A DNA stretch of 64,000 bases from Camelus dromedarius (Eukaryota). This document shows, in pieces, positions 24,465 through 38,499 of the stretch (the stretch's first letter is position 1; the number at the start of each line of letters is the position of its first letter). The position numbers and the translations under genes were made by a program. Below the pieces are notes generated by a model. The model was not told the origin of the DNA. It worked only from the letters and a program-made list of their open reading frames with translations, and did no database searches. The DNA lies in the NCBI RefSeq assembly GCF_036321535.1, contig NC_087437.1, positions 59,708,001 through 59,772,000 of the forward strand, written 5' to 3'.

Positions 24465-25008
24465 GCAGGCTCTCAGCCCAAACTACACAGCAGAATCACC
24501 TGGGAACTTTAAAAATATATTGATGCTCATGCCCCAATGAGATCAATTAAATCAGAACGGGGGGTGGGGTGGGGGAGGAGGCGGACTTTAATTATTTTTA
24601 AAAGCTCCAGGTAATTCAAATATAGAGCCACTGGTCTGAAGGGTAAAGAGAGAGAAAGCTCCTCTTTATAGTAAAATGCCAGCTAATAAACTCAGAAGGA
24701 ATTAGAGAAAATACCATTTGCAACCACTGTTAGAATAATTCACACAAGCAAGTCATCGGATGCAAAAACCCTTGGATAAGAGACTATTGGGGTACAGAAT
24801 ATCACACAGTCCCCAAGTAATCCCCCATCCGCAGAGTGTGAGGGGGTTGTAACAGTCGTGCTCAGAACGTGGTCCCCGGGGCAGCAGCAGCACCACCTGG
24901 AGCAAATTCTCCGGCCCACTCCGGACCTGATGAATCAGAAACTCCAGAGCTCCAGGTTCCAGAAATGCTTTAAAACCCTCCAGGTGATTCGAGTTTGAGA
25001 ACCACTGC
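24465..25008. mobile_element. Two MER5-like MITE relics (24465-24635 and 24853-25008) flanking an old L1MC/MD-type 3' fragment
   Basis: cagaatcacctgggaactttaaaaatatattgatgc; cagtcgtgctcagaacgtggtcc...gagtttgagaaccactg; the middle part reads ctctttatagtaaaatgccagctaataaac. Confidence 0.6.
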
Positions 25009-26274
25009 TCTTGAGGACTTTTGGGTTGGGCACCACGATGGGCTGCTCAGACTCCCTTTGGAAGAAAGGATTCATCCCTGTTGCTGAGAGCACAGCCAGA
25101 AGACGCCTCCACTCTCTTCCCCGTGTGGCTGGGCTGGGCTGAAGAGACCTGCTGGCAGCGAGGGCTCACCCACCTCTCGGTGTCCCACAGTAGGTGAGTG
25201 ATCAACTTCAGGGTGTAAATGTCTGGCCTGTCACCCCAACACAGGACAATACTGAAGCCTCGCCACACCCCCCACCCCTACCGCTCCAGACCCCAGGCCC
25301 TCGGAGTCAGCTGAAACTCCAGCTTCTTCCTTTAACGCAGTCCTGCTTCTGGCCCTTCCCTCTCACAGGTGTGGACCCTACCAGCTCCCTCCAGTACACG
25401 CCCCGTTTGCTGATCTTCATCCCGAGCACACTTCCCAGAGAGCCTAGCCTTGAGCAGCAGCCTTGGAGGGCTCGCTCTGGTCCTGAGGTGTCTTCAGCAG
25501 AGCCGTCTTCATTCTCTCTGCCTGTATCGCTCACTCACTGTGTGCAGAGCCTGGTGCTGAGAACTCCAGGTGCCTTATTCTGTTCAGTTTTCAAGGCCAC
25601 CCCAGGATCTCCGTCTCACAGGTGAGGCTCAGAGAGGTTACGGTGGAGGGTCAGGGCTGGTCCGTCTGAAGCCAGTGTCTCTTCTATCTACCAAGCTTCC
25701 ATCTACTCACCCTTCTGTCTCTCAGGGATTAGGGTTGGGGTGAGGGTGTAGAGGGACCGGGAGCAGGGTCCCAGAAACTCGTTGACACACTCAAGGAAGT
25801 GCTGGGCTGACCCCAGGCTTCCCAAAGTAACCCCAGAGCCAGCAACCAGGGGACACAGACCCTGTTCTCAAGGAACAGTCTTGAGGAAAAGAAAGCACAG
25901 GGATGTCTCTAAGACTGACTGCTTCTGAGTGCCAGGAATGAGAAAGGGGAGGGAGTGCAGAGAGGGCAGTGGGAGAGCTGGGGGAGACTTCAGGTGGGAG
26001 ATGAGGTGGAGGATACCAGGCAGAAATGGAGGAGAACCAAATACTTGGTGAGCCTGGAGTGCAGGGTGGCAGCCAGGCCACAGAGCAGCTGCAGGCCAGA
26101 GATAGGGGCAGTTGCCCTTGGGGGCTGAATACGGGAGCCTCACAGCTGGGGAGGGCTTGCCCAGGCCCAGAAGGCAACGGAACAGCTCAGCCCATGCCCA
26201 GAAAGTGAGAAAGAGCACAAGCCAAGTCCAGGTCTGTCTACCCTCCTGGGAGACGCCCAGTGGGGAGCGAAGGT

Positions 26275-26480
26275 CAAGGGGTCAGAACCAGACACTCTGG
26301 ATGCATCTTAACTCTGCTACTTGCTGCCCGTGAGGCTTTAGGTCAGTAATTTAACATCATTAAACCTTCTATTTTTCATCTGTTAAATTGATGCAATATG
26401 ATCTCCTTTCAGAGTCTTTCATTAGGTTTAAATAACGTGATAGATATAAAAAGCATCTGGAACAGAGGAGGCCCACAATG
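26275..26480 (+). mobile_element. MIR SINE (another MIR piece lies at about 26860-26960 on the minus strand)
   Basis: gtcagaaccagacactctggatgcatcttaactctgctacttgctg...ttttcatctgttaaattg. Confidence 0.65.
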
Positions 26481-27723
26481 TTTGTTCTATCCAGTCCCAC
26501 TTTACCCTGTGGCCAGTGACTTGGAAATAAACATGAAATGACCATAATTACTCCTGGAATCAGGTAGATCATGCTAGGGACCCCCTACCCATCCCTGAAG
26601 ATACTCCAAAACAACAATTCTTTAAAAAGGATTCTGTCATGAAATAAATTTGAGATGTCTTAGAATGAAAACAAACATAGTTCTCTCCTGCAGGACTTCT
26701 CAGAGCCTCTAATATGTACACAAGAGCATTGTGACTCTCCAAGAAAGGGATCCAGTGTGGGTATAGGGCTTTCCAAACATTTTGCCCCCAAAGTCTTTTG
26801 ACTTCTGACCACAAAACCTTTTTTTAATAGCCATTAATGTGTTCTGAGAGATGCTGATCTAAGCTCACTCTGTTACTTTACAGATGGAAAACAGAGGCCC
26901 GGAGGGGTGAATTAACATACCAGTGTCACAGAGAAACAGCTGGGATGAGAACCCAGCCCTCCAGCATTTCAAGGATCCCGGAAAATGGTAAGAGGTATTT
27001 CCTGACGTTCTTGAGCAAGATGGGGTGGGGGTGAGTGCTTGTGAGTAAACATGCCCAGCATTGCTTCTCCAGGGGAATCGGGTATATGCCACCCCGCTGC
27101 CATTCATACCTCTCATTATTGGGGAGTCCCAGGTTATGCTGCACCCTTCATATTCTGTTGCACCAGCGTCTGCCTTAGTTTTGTTTTGTCAGCCATTTCT
27201 GTATGATCTGAGCTGTGTTCCTAGCTCTTCCCTCAGCCTAGCTGCGGCAGAGGCTCCATGGAAATAAGAAGTGTGTCAGTGAGGAGTGTGCTGTCAACCC
27301 CCAGCACTGGGGTGCGGTGGGCAGAGAACAGGCAGGGGACAGCTTGACAATAAGGCCATGTACAAGCATAAAAAGGATAAAAAGTACCCTCTTCCCTCTG
27401 CATGAAAGGCTTTCCTTCTCTTAGCAATATCGGTGGAGATATCTCACTTCTCAAAGCAAGCCGTTTGTTCTCCATGCTTGGACGAGACTGAGCAGGTTGG
27501 TGATACTTTTCAGCTAAGAACAGACAACTGGCAGCTAAAGTCGGCCCTTCCTTGTGTTGCTCTGCTCTTCGTGCCCTGGGAATGTGGTCTTTAGGCTCCA
27601 GTGACTGTCAGAAAGGGGGGAGGGGCCTTCCAGCCAGCCGGCAACACAACCAACCCACCCACTAGCCACCTACCCATTCATCCATCTGTATATCCCACAG
27701 GAACACGCGAAGAATTGTATAAG

Positions 27724-28935
27724 CAGTGATGTACTGGTATATGTTTAACCACTGGCAATCTGTGGGGGAAAGCCCAGGTTTGTGGTGTTTGCCAGTTTCT
27801 CGGGGTGTAAATATTCCCACTGTGGTTTAATTCAAGCTACCAACATGATGTCACCAATGCAGAGTCAAGAAAGATGCCCAGTAGTGTGCTTTTGGATGGT
27901 ATTTCCACCGTACAGGTACAGATAACCTCAACAGCATAAAGAACTGTAAAATGGTGTAATATAATTAGGAAGTGATAAGTTTTGAGTATTGGTTATTTTT
28001 GCTTTTAAGATAATTTAATTGAAAGTTTATAGTTTAATCTTTAATGATGGTTATATTTAACAACCTAAAAGGTGGTTCTAATGCATGGGTGTACATGCGT
28101 GGCATGGGGGCCGGGGGGTCCCCACACCAAAAAAACAATTCTCCAGACACCACCTGGGTGTTTTAACTCAATTCTGACACTCTACTCAGAGGTAGCATCA
28201 GATCCCCCAGGTTAAGGGCTCAGTCTCACAAGAATGCCCCTCCTCAACTTTAGATGGCAGTCACAAATCCAGATTGTCACCTGTGCTTGTGACCAACCAG
28301 CTATAGATCAGAGGTTCCCATGACCCCTCTTCTTGGATTCAGCTAATTTGCTAGAGCGGTTCATAGAATTCAGAGAAACATTTTACTTACTAGAGTACCA
28401 GTTTATTATTAAAGGATTGTAACTCAGGACCAACCAGATGGAAGATATGCTTAGGGCGACCTACGTGGGAAGGGCTCCCAGGCTCTCCCCCGGTGTGCCA
28501 TTCTACCTGAATCTCCACGTGTTCAACCAGAAAGCTCTCCAAACTCCATCCTTTTGGGGTTTTGTGGAGGCTTTATATATAGGCGTTTGATTAAATCATT
28601 GGCCTTTGGTGATTGATTCAACCTTCAGCCCCCCTCTTCCCTCCCCAGGGGTAGAAAGATGGGAGAGGCTGCACTGAAAATTCCAGCCTCCAATCATGGG
28701 GTTGTTTCTTCTGGGAACCAGCCCCCGTCCTTAGGTGACCTGGGGGCATCCCAAAAGTAACCTGATTAACATAACGAAAAACACCTTGATCTCTGCCACT
28801 TGAGGGATAGAAGCTCTGAGTTAGAAACAGGGCAACGTATTTCTTATTACAAATCAGTGTCACACAACCAGATTGCAAAATCCCCGACAAATTAACAGTC
28901 AGCTCTCGCAAGCTGGTCTGAGCCAGCTCCAGCAC
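27724..28935. mobile_element. MER63-like (hAT-Blackjack) element split by an LTR
   Basis: Left part cagtgatgtactggtatatgtttaaccactggc...ttcaagctaccaacatgatgtcac; right part ...gctggtctgagccagctccagcaca. The two ends are mutually inverted (gatgtactgg / ccagcaca). Confidence 0.65.
28066..28864. mobile_element. MER21-like (ERVL-class) solo LTR
   Basis: caattctccagacaccacctgggtg..aattctgacact..cagatcccccaggttaagggctcagtc...atttcttattacaaatcagtgtcaca; 5-bp TSD CAACC at 28061-28065 and 28865-28869. Confidence 0.8.
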
Positions 28936-29399
28936 AAATTCGATTTGGGGCAGAGGGAAGAAAGTTGTTCTCTACTGAGGGTAGGCGATGAAATGGGATT
29001 GCTAGTGATATGACAGCCAAAGGTTTTAAATCTATACTGAGGGGAGAACGCCAGGCTGATTTAGCTGAGTCTGAATTATACAGTTTAAAAAGCCTTCTTT
29101 AATTCTACTGCATTCATATACCATAAAGAATAACTTTCTCCCAACTTTATTTTCCAGAGCCAACAGCATTCAGCTACCATTCCCTCCTCCTCCTCTTGGC
29201 TCCTCTGGTCCCTTCCCTCTTCTTGTTTCCCACCCACCCCAGTCCCCAGCACTGAGTGCTAACTGTTCCTCCTCCTCAGATTAGCATCTAAATGTCGGAG
29301 TGTTCATGGCCTGGTCCTGGGCCCTCACAACCTTGCTGTGTACATCCTTCCTAAGGATTTCAATCAGTCCTGAGACTTTAAACATCCTCTCTTTGCCAT

Positions 29400-31950
29400 G
29401 AGTTCTTATTTTTGTCAAAGCATTGCATGCAAATCATTTCTTAAAGTCAAACAGTGCTAAAAACTTCTCTTAAAAACCTGCAGTATCTTGTCTACCCTTC
29501 CTCATAAGTCCTCAGAAACTATTTCTTTCAGTGCCTCTAGCTTCTTCCCACTATTTCCCTCCATATTTCTAAACAATATGCATCTTGCTAGCTTTTGATG
29601 ATCAATTTTATATAATGTCTGTTAACTTCTGATAGTAAATAATGATTTAAAGTATTTGACATCCCTTTCGCTCTGTCGGCTGAAAAACAAATGGACAATG
29701 TGGAAATAGTGAGCAAAGTTTTATTTGGGGCAAATTGAGGACTATAGCCCATGTGACGGTCTCTCAGATAGCTCTGAGGAGCTGCTCTGAAGAGGTGGGG
29801 AGGGAGGTCTGTACTACATATGTTTTTGGTGAAGGAGGTACATGCAACCAAGCACACATTTTGGCAGAGGGTTGCTGCTAGTCGCGAGGAGCAGGTGTCT
29901 CCCTTAATGATTTTTAGTGCTTTTCTAGATATGAGAAGATGTGAGAAATTGGGCTCATAAAATTTTCTCCTGAAAATATCTGTCTAAAGTCCTGTTCTGT
30001 CAGTTACTCCCAGAGCACAGAGTGCCTCATTCCCGATCTCCACCCTGAACTCCTTTCAGGATGTGTTGAAAGTCAGCACCTGCAGTGGCTAGTGACTTCA
30101 ATCTTACAGAACCAGATGGCGAGGGACAGTTTTTATTTGGCACCTCTCTCCTTACGTGTGAGTTTTAAGGAAATCTGTAATAGTATCTTATTTATATCAG
30201 TATGTTAATATCATTCACTGTTGGGTCAAATGAATGCATTTTCCTTCTTCAGTCAAATGAAACTAATTAACTCCAGGAAAAAAAAGTTTTAGTTCTCTAT
30301 CTGGCTTGATCTTCCTATACCACCTCAGGCCTAGCAATACAATTTTTTGATCAAATAAGTCACTATTATTTTATGAGTTCTATTTTCCCGCCAGACCCCT
30401 TGGACCTTCTGTCCCAAATGATACTCTGGGCGTGCTGTGCAGCTGGGCTCCCTGCCCCCCTCGGCTGGATTGGACCCCACCTGCCTGGCTCCTGTGCATT
30501 CGCCTTTCTTTGGGGGACGTTTTCCCCTAAAGCTTCCTGTGAGAGATGCGTGAGAGGCAAATGTTCTGATATTTTGTGTCTGAAAATGTCTTTGTTCCAT
30601 CTTCACACTTGACTGGAAGTTTTTCGGATTTTTCTATTTATCTCTGGCATTCTTAAATTTCATATTGATTGCACTGATACAGGCTTTCTTGCAGTGTATG
30701 GACTGGGCATTACGTCCTCCGGTTCTGGGAAATTATTTTTTCTATTTTCTTACATGTCTTACTTATTTCTTTGGTAATATCCTTCCTCCTTCTTTATCTG
30801 ATTTCTTTCTAGAACTCCTATTGGACCTCTGAAATCAACTAATTAAAAAAAACTTTACTGTTTTCCACCTTTGTCTCCTCCCTCTCCCATTTTCTGGAGA
30901 TTTCCCCAAAATTTATCATCCAACTCTGTTATTAAATTTATTTTGGCTATCGTTTCTGATTTCTAAGAATATGCTATGATCTCTGCCTGTTCCTTTTCTT
31001 TATAGCTTCTATTTGTGTCTCTTGGATTCAATTCCATCTCATCTTTCTGAGATCATTTATTTTGACATCTTCTTTATCTCTGGGTATGATCTGCTGCTTC
31101 TGGGTGCCTTTTTTCTGATTGATTTGATACAAAGTTTTGTGTCGGAGGCTCTCCTCACATATTTGATGGAACGTAACTATGCCTTTGTGTTCAAGTGTTG
31201 TAGGAAACCCTGGGGCACATGTAGGATTAGGAGACTGGTGAGCTTCCTTATGGGGTGATCATAGTCTGGTATTTTCACCCAGGTCCCCCAAAGTCAGCAG
31301 TGACAGGTATTCCCGGGCAGTTCAGTTTCTCCAGAGAATAGAAAGCTGCTCCTCCGACCGCCTGCCCAAGGATAGATGCCTAGCTTCTGGGGGAGAGTCT
31401 GGGGCAGGCTCACCTGTCAGGTTGCAGATTCTTGCTTTATCTGTTGTCCTTAGGGCTTCATCACTGCCCTCCCCACTCTCAGGCTTCCCTAGTTCATTAT
31501 CCGGAAAACAAACTTCCTGCCAGTCTCCTGTTAGGTTGGGGAAAGGGTACTCATCGGTGGGAATCTGAGCAAAGACTACCTCTCGTTACATAGATTTTCA
31601 AAATACCCCCCCCCCCGTCTTCAGCCCCCATTCCCCTGGCCTCACTCCCACCTTTCCTATCTCATGCCCCCCCCCCCACCTCCTGCTCCTGTGCTGCAGG
31701 GTAGACCAGCTCCCTCCCTCCCGGTACCCTCTACCTTCTGACATTTAGACCAGAGCTTTTTCTTCTCTGCTGATCGTTTCTTGTTTCTCTGTCTGCTTCC
31801 CATCTTCATTGTTGTGGTTTCGGGTTACAGATACCTCCTCACTTCATCAGTCTTGGGGTTTTATTTCAGGATTTTGTTTTATATTGGAGGTGATTTTCAA
31901 GAAGAGAAGGAGGGTACAATATGTCCTCACTTAACCATCCTGAAACCATA
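29400..31950 (-). mobile_element. Very old L1/HAL1-like remnant (ORF1 and 5' region) that apparently interrupts an L2 and itself hosts the 29674 LTR
   Basis: ORF 30331-30606 begins with decayed ORF1 C-terminal-like text (RHFQTQNIRTFASH). The composition is T-rich antisense. L2-like text flanks it at 29280-29400 and 31955-32080. Confidence 0.45.
29674..30142 (-). mobile_element. ERV1-class solo LTR
   Basis: TG(tcgg)...(ttgg)CA termini, near-TSD gctc/cctc, minus-strand AATAAA at 29725-29720, about 470 bp long. Confidence 0.75.
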
Positions 31951-32117
31951 AATATGACCCTCAGACTGATAGCCCATAATCAGCCTCTCCCCTGAATTCC
32001 AACAGTATATTTGAGATCTATACTTGGCTGTTTTAATAAACATCTCATCTTTATCATCAACAGGACATGATTTCTTCCTCTCCCCTTTAAAAAAAAAACT
32101 GCTTCTAAGTCTTTATC

Positions 32118-32714
32118 TTTTTTTAAAACATTTTTTATTGATTTATAATCATTTTACAATGTTGTGTCAAATTCCAGTGTTCAGTTATACATGAACATAT
32201 ATATATTCATTGTCCCATTTTTTTCTCTGTGAGCTACCATAAGATTTTGTGTATATTTCCCTGTGCTATACAGTATAATCCTGTTTATCTATTCAACAAT
32301 TTTGAAATCCCTTCTATCCCTTCCCACCCTCCGCACCCTTGGCAGCCACAAGTTTGTATTCTATGTCTATGAGTCTGTTTCTGTTTTGTATTTATGCTTT
32401 GTTTTTTGTGTTTTGTTGTTTGTTTGTTTTTGTTTTTGTTTTTTAGATTCCACATATGAGCGATCTCATATGGTATTTTTCTTTCTCTTTCTGGCTTACT
32501 TCACTTAGAATGACATTCTCCAGGAGCATCCATGTTGCTGCAAATGGCATTATGTTGTCGGTTTTTATGGCTGAGTAGTATTCCATTGTATAAATATACC
32601 ACATCTTCTTTATCCAGTCACCTGTTGATGGACATTTAGGCTGTTTCCATGTTTTGGCTATTGTAAATAGTGCTGCTATGAACATTGGGGTGCAGGTGTC
32701 ATCCTGAAGTAGAT
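32118..32714 (-). mobile_element. Young 5'-truncated L1 (ORF2 C-terminus plus 3' UTR)
   Basis: ORF 32443-32775 contains intact DTCTPMFIAALFTIAKTWKQPKCPSTGDWIKKMWYIYTMEYYSAIK..EVSQKEKEKYHMRSLICGI. Same 3' end as 20052-20433. Confidence 0.92.
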
Positions 32715-35700
32715 CCACTCCTCCTTTGGCCCTACTGGGATTCTGTGACCTGGGCAACTCTGGGCCTCTCTTCACTCTTCCCTCTTGCTCCCCAAATCCA
32801 CTGGTGCCATTTCTCTTCTCTCATCACTTAATCTTACAATCAAACAACCCAGACTGAGTGAGCAACCACCTCACGCAGGCACTGTGTCAGGTGCTGGGGG
32901 CACAAGGACGCCAGGGTTCCTGCCTTCGAGGAGTGCACAGGAGATAGGCAGGTGGTAAGACTGAAGAGGCTGCAAGGTGACAGTAGTGTCTGTGCAACAA
33001 ACCCTTTGGCCCCACATGACCCAGTCTCTACCTTTTGTGGCATCCAACAGCAGGTAGTCCAGCAGCCAGAATTAAATACCAGAGCAAGGTCAATCTGTGT
33101 TTGTGTTTCTTGAAAAAGGGTAAAGGTGATCCCATTCGTAAACCCTGCCACCAGTGTCACCGTCTCTTATACTTTCTGCAAAACTCCTCTTATGTCTCTC
33201 CATGCCCTCCATGCTCTGGAACCCTCACTCGTGGCTCTTGTCTTAAAATAGGCCCTAGCGGTTCTCTGTCCAGGCCTCACAGCCTCCTGCCAACGCCCCC
33301 CTGGACTTCTGCTTCCCTCTGCAGGCCGGGCCTCGGGCTATAGGATGCTGCTCGTCAGAGGCCCAGCAGCTCCATGTTCCTGGGCCTCCTCCACGCCTGC
33401 CGCTCAGGAGACAGAGCCCGTCGCTCAGTGTGGTTGCTTTCTCTTACAGGAAACCCCCGACACGTGAAATTCTCCACATTGTTGCAAAGGGGTGCTTCAG
33501 TGTCATGGGTGACAGAGGAGGGACATCTAACCTCAGATGGGGGTTCAGAGAAGGCTTCCTGCAGCCCTGAGCTGAGCCTTTGTGAAGGAGCAGGAGGTGG
33601 GAAAGAAGAAAGGGAGCGAGGAGCAGGGAGGGTGCTCTGGACAGAGCCACCTTTGCTACCAAGTGACCACAACCACAGGTTTCAGAACCACCCCCTCCCA
33701 TGATGAATAGGTCAAGAGCAGTTCCCCAGACCCCACTTGCCTCACTCAGACTGCCTGGGGGCCTCCCCCATCCCCTCGGTGACTGTCTAGAACACGAGGA
33801 TGCCAAGTTGGATTTTATTTTTATTTTTTGATTGAAGCATAGTAGATTTACAATATCATGTTAGTTTCAGGTATACAGCAAAGTGATTCCATTATATCTA
33901 TGTATATTTTTTCAGATTATTTTCCATTATAAGATTGAATATAGTTTCCTGTATATATACAGTAAATTCATGTTATGTGCCTATCTTACATATAGTGTTA
34001 ATCCCATACTCCTAATTTATCCCTCCATCTCCCTTTCCACATTGGTAACCATAAGTTTTCTGTCTGTGAGTCTTCTATTTTGTATATAGATTCAAATTAT
34101 ATATTTTTTTTCAGATTCCACGTGTAAGTGATATTTCTTTCTCTGTCTGACTTAATTCACTTAGTGTGATATTCTGTAGGTCCATCCATGTTGCTGCAAA
34201 TGACAATATTTCATTTTTATGGCTGAGTAATACTCCATTGCATATGTATATCACATCTTCTTGAGCCAGTCATCTGTGGATGGGCACTTGGGTTGTTTCC
34301 ATGTATTGGCTATTGTAAATAGTGTTGCTGTGAACATTGGGGTGCATGTGTCTTTTTAAATTAGAGTTTTTGTCTTTGCCAGATATATGCCCAGGAGTAG
34401 GATTGCTGGATTATATGGTAGTTCTATTTTTGGCTTTTTAAGGAACCTCCATACTATTTTCCATAGTGGCTGCACCAACGTACATTCCCACCAACAGTGT
34501 ACGAAGGTTCCCTTGTCTCCACACTCTCTACAGCATTTATTATTTATAGACTTTTTCATGATAGACATTCTGACTGGTGTGAGGTTATACCTCATTGTGG
34601 TTTTGGTTCGCATTTCTCTAATTAGTGATGTTGAGCATCTTTTCATGTGTCTGTTGGCCATCTGCATGTCTTTGGAGAAGTGTCTATTTAGGCCTGCCGC
34701 CTACATTTTGATTGGGTTTGTGGATTTTTGGTATTGAGTTGTATGAGCTGTTTGTATATTTCATATATTAACCCTTTGTCAGTCGCATCATATGCAAATA
34801 TTTTCTCCCATTCTGCAGGTGGTCTTTTCATTTTGTTAATGGTTTTCTTTGCTGTGTAAAAGCTTTTACATTTGATTAGGTCCCATTTGTTTATTTTTGC
34901 TTTTAGTTCTTTTGCACACTGATCTAAAAAAAATGCTACAATTTATGTTTGAGAATGTTTTGCCTGTGTTCTCTTCCAGTAGTTTTATGGTATCATGTTT
35001 TATATTTGTGTCTTTAAACATTTTTGAGTTTATTTTTATGTATGTTGTGAGGGACTGTTCTAACTTCATTGGTTTATATAAAGCTGTCCAACTTTCCCAA
35101 CACCAATTACTGAAGAGATTGTCTTTTCTTCATTGTATATTCTTGCTTCCTTTGATATAGGTGAATTGACTGTAGGTGTGTGGGTTTATTTCTGGGCTCT
35201 CTATGCTGTTCCATTGATCTGTGTGTCTGTTTTGTACCAGTACAGTGTTGTTTTGATTACTGTAGCTTTGTAGTAGTGTCTGAAGTCTGGGAGGGTTATA
35301 CCTTGCACTTTGTGCTTTTTTTCTCAGGGTTGCCTTGTCAATTATGAGTCCTTTCTGGTTCCATATAAATTTTAGGACTATTTGTTCTAATTCTTTGAAA
35401 AATGTCTTGGGGATTGCATTAAAACTATAGATTGCTTTGGGTAGTATGGCCATTTTAACAATATTAATTCTTGCAATCCAAGAATATGGGATATATTTCC
35501 ATTTCTTTGAATCATCCTCAATTTCCTTTATCGATATTTCATAGTTTTCAGCAGATAGGTCTGTAGTTTATTCCTAGGTATTATTGGGTTTTAACATGAT
35601 TTTAAATGTTTTTTTTTAAAGTTTCTCTTTCTGATATTTTATGGCTAATGTAAAGAAATTCCACAGATTTATGTATATTAATCTTGTACTCTGCTACCTT

Positions 35701-36699
35701 GATGAATTCATTTATTGGTTCTAATAGTTTTTGTGTGAAGTCTTTAGGATTCTCTCTGTATAGAGTATCTGCAAATAGTAATAGTTTTATCCCTTCCCTT
35801 TCTATTTGGATACCTTTTATTTTTTGTCTGATTACTTTGTCTAGGACTTGCAGTATTGTGTTGAATAGAAGTGGTAAGAGTGGGCATCCTTGTCTTGTTT
35901 CTGAGTTTAGCAGGAGGGCCTTTCAGCTTTTCACCATTGAGTATTATGTTGGCTGTGGATTTGTCAGAAATGGCTTTTATTATGTTGAGATATGTTCCAT
36001 ATAAACCCTCTTTGGTGAGAGTTTTTCTCATGAATGGATGTTAAATTTTATCAAATGCTTTTGCTGCATCTATTGAGATGATCATGTGGCTTTTGCCTTT
36101 CCTTTTGTTGATGGGCTGTATCACATTAACTGATTTATGGACTTGGTTTGCTAATATTTTGTTGAGGATTTTTGCATCTATATTCATCAAAGATATTGGT
36201 CTGTAATTTTCTTTTTTTGTAGTGTCTCTGTCTGGTTTTGTATCAGGGTGATGGTAGCTCCATAGAATAAATTTGGAAATACTCCCTTCTCTTCTGTCTT
36301 CTGGAAGAATTTGAGAAGGATAGGTATAAGTTCTTCGTATGTTTGGTAGAATTCCTCAGTGAAGCCATTGAGTCCTGGACTTTTGTTTGCAGGAAGTGTT
36401 TTTATTACGGATTTTATTTCACTTTTAGTGATCAGTCTGTTCAAATGATCTATTTCTTCTTGACTCAATTTTGGCAGACTGTATGTTTCTAGAAACTTGT
36501 CCATTTCTTCTAGGTTGTCCAGTTTGTTGGCATATAACCTTTCTTAGTATTCTCTTATGATTTTTTTGTATGTCTGTGGTATTGGTTGTTATTTCTCCTA
36601 TTTCTTATTTCATTAATTTGGGTCCTCTCTCTTTTCTTGGTGAGCCTGGCTAGAGTTTTGTTGATTTTATTTATATATTTTTTAAAAGTTCTTGGTTTT

Positions 36700-38499
36700 T
36701 ACAAATTTTGAACTCCCAGTCTGTCCCTTCCCATCCCCTCCCCCTTGGCAACCACAAGTTTGTATTCTATGTCTGTGAGTCTGTTTCTGTTTTGTATTTA
36801 TGTTCTTTTTTCTTTTTTTTTTTTTAGATTCCACATATAAGCGATCTCATATGGTATTTTTCCTTCTCTTTCTGGCTTACTTCACTTACAATGATGTTCT
36901 CCAGGGACATCCATGTTGCTGCAAATGGTTTTACGTTGTCATTTTTAATGGCTGAATAGTATTCCATTGTATAAATATACCACATCTTTATCCAGTCATC
37001 TGTCGATGGACATTTAGCCATGTCTTGGCTATTGTAAATAGTGCTGCTATGAACATTGGGGTGCAGGTGTCATTTTGAAATAGGATTCCTTCTGGATATA
37101 TGCCCAAGAGTAGGATTCCTGGGTCATATGGTAAGTCTATTCCTAGTCTTTTGAGGAATCTCTATACTGTTCTCCACAGTGGCTGCATTTCTACCAGCTG
37201 TGTAGGAGGATTCCCTTTTCTCCACAGCCTCTCCAGCATTTGTCATTTGTGGACTTTTGAATGATGGCCATTCTGACTGGTGTGAAGTGATACCTCATTG
37301 TAGTTTTGAGTAGATACTGACAGGCATATGCAGAATAGATAAACAAGATTATACTAAACAAGATTATACTGTATAACACAGGGAAATATACAAGATCTTG
37401 TGGTAGCTCACAGTGAAAAAAAAATGTGGCAATGAATATATGTATGTTCATGTATAACTGAAAAATTGTGCTCTATACTGGAATTTGACACAACATTGTA
37501 AAATGACTAACTCAATAAAAAGATGTTAAAAAAACAATCAGTAAAAGAAACACAGATGGTGGTAAGTGAAGGCATAAAATAAGACATATATAGTCATGGG
37601 AGGAAGTTCTTTTAACTGGGTTGTCAGAACATAAATTTTTGATTTTTGACTTTTGAGCTGCGAATTGAAGAGAACAAACAAGCTAGCAGTGTAGAGATTG
37701 TCATTTATTCATCTGTAGATTTATTAACTATCAAATATAAATTTCCATAATTTTTTTGTAACTTGATTATAAACGTCATATTAGAAGATGTTCTACCATC
37801 AAGGATTAGGGAATATCCTACACTGTTGGTGAGAATGTAAATTGGTGCAGCTAATATGGAGGACAGTATGGAGACTCCTCAAAAAACTAAAAATAGGCTT
37901 AACCATAAGATCTAGCAATCCCACTCCTGGGTATATATCTTGAGGAAACTGTAATTTGAAAAGACATATGTACCCCAATATTCACAGCAGCACTATTTAC
38001 AATAGCCAAGACATGGAAGCAACATAAATGTCTATCAACAGATGACTGGATAAAGAAGATGTATATATACATGATGGAATACTACTCAGCCATAAAAAGA
38101 ATAAAATAATACCATTTGCAGCAACATGGATGAACCTGAAGATTGTCAGTCTAAGTGAGGTAAGTCAGAAAGAGAAAGAAAAATATCATATGATATTGCT
38201 TATAAGTGGAATCTAAAACAAAAAAAAAGAAGCAAATAAATTTTTATATGAAACAAAAACAGACTCAGACATAGATAACAAACTTATGGTTACCAAGGGG
38301 TAAAGTAGATAGGAAGGGATAAATTGGTAATTCGAAATTTGTGCCTCTTGGGGAGTGATGGAAGTGTTAGCTATTTTGATTGTGGTGGTAGTTTCATTGA
38401 TGTATACATCTATCAAAGTTCATCACATTGTACATCTCAAATATGTGTAGTTTACTGTATGGGAAACATACCATAATAAAGGTGTTAAAAATTTTTTTT
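36700..38499 (+). mobile_element. Nested young L1 insertion with a 5' inversion (36700-37308 inverted; 37309-37535 sense 3' end) followed by about 960 bp of extra downstream sequence
   Basis: TSD AAGTTCTTGGTTTT at 36686-36699 and 38500-38513. The inverted and sense parts are contiguous in the L1 3' UTR (agttcaaaatttgt|agatactgacagg). Confidence 0.85.

Noticed and set aside
31607..31680. C-tracts here and a G-tract at 24559-24580 as functional G-quadruplexes
   Set aside because: They are simple homopolymer runs inside decayed repeats, with no evidence of function.
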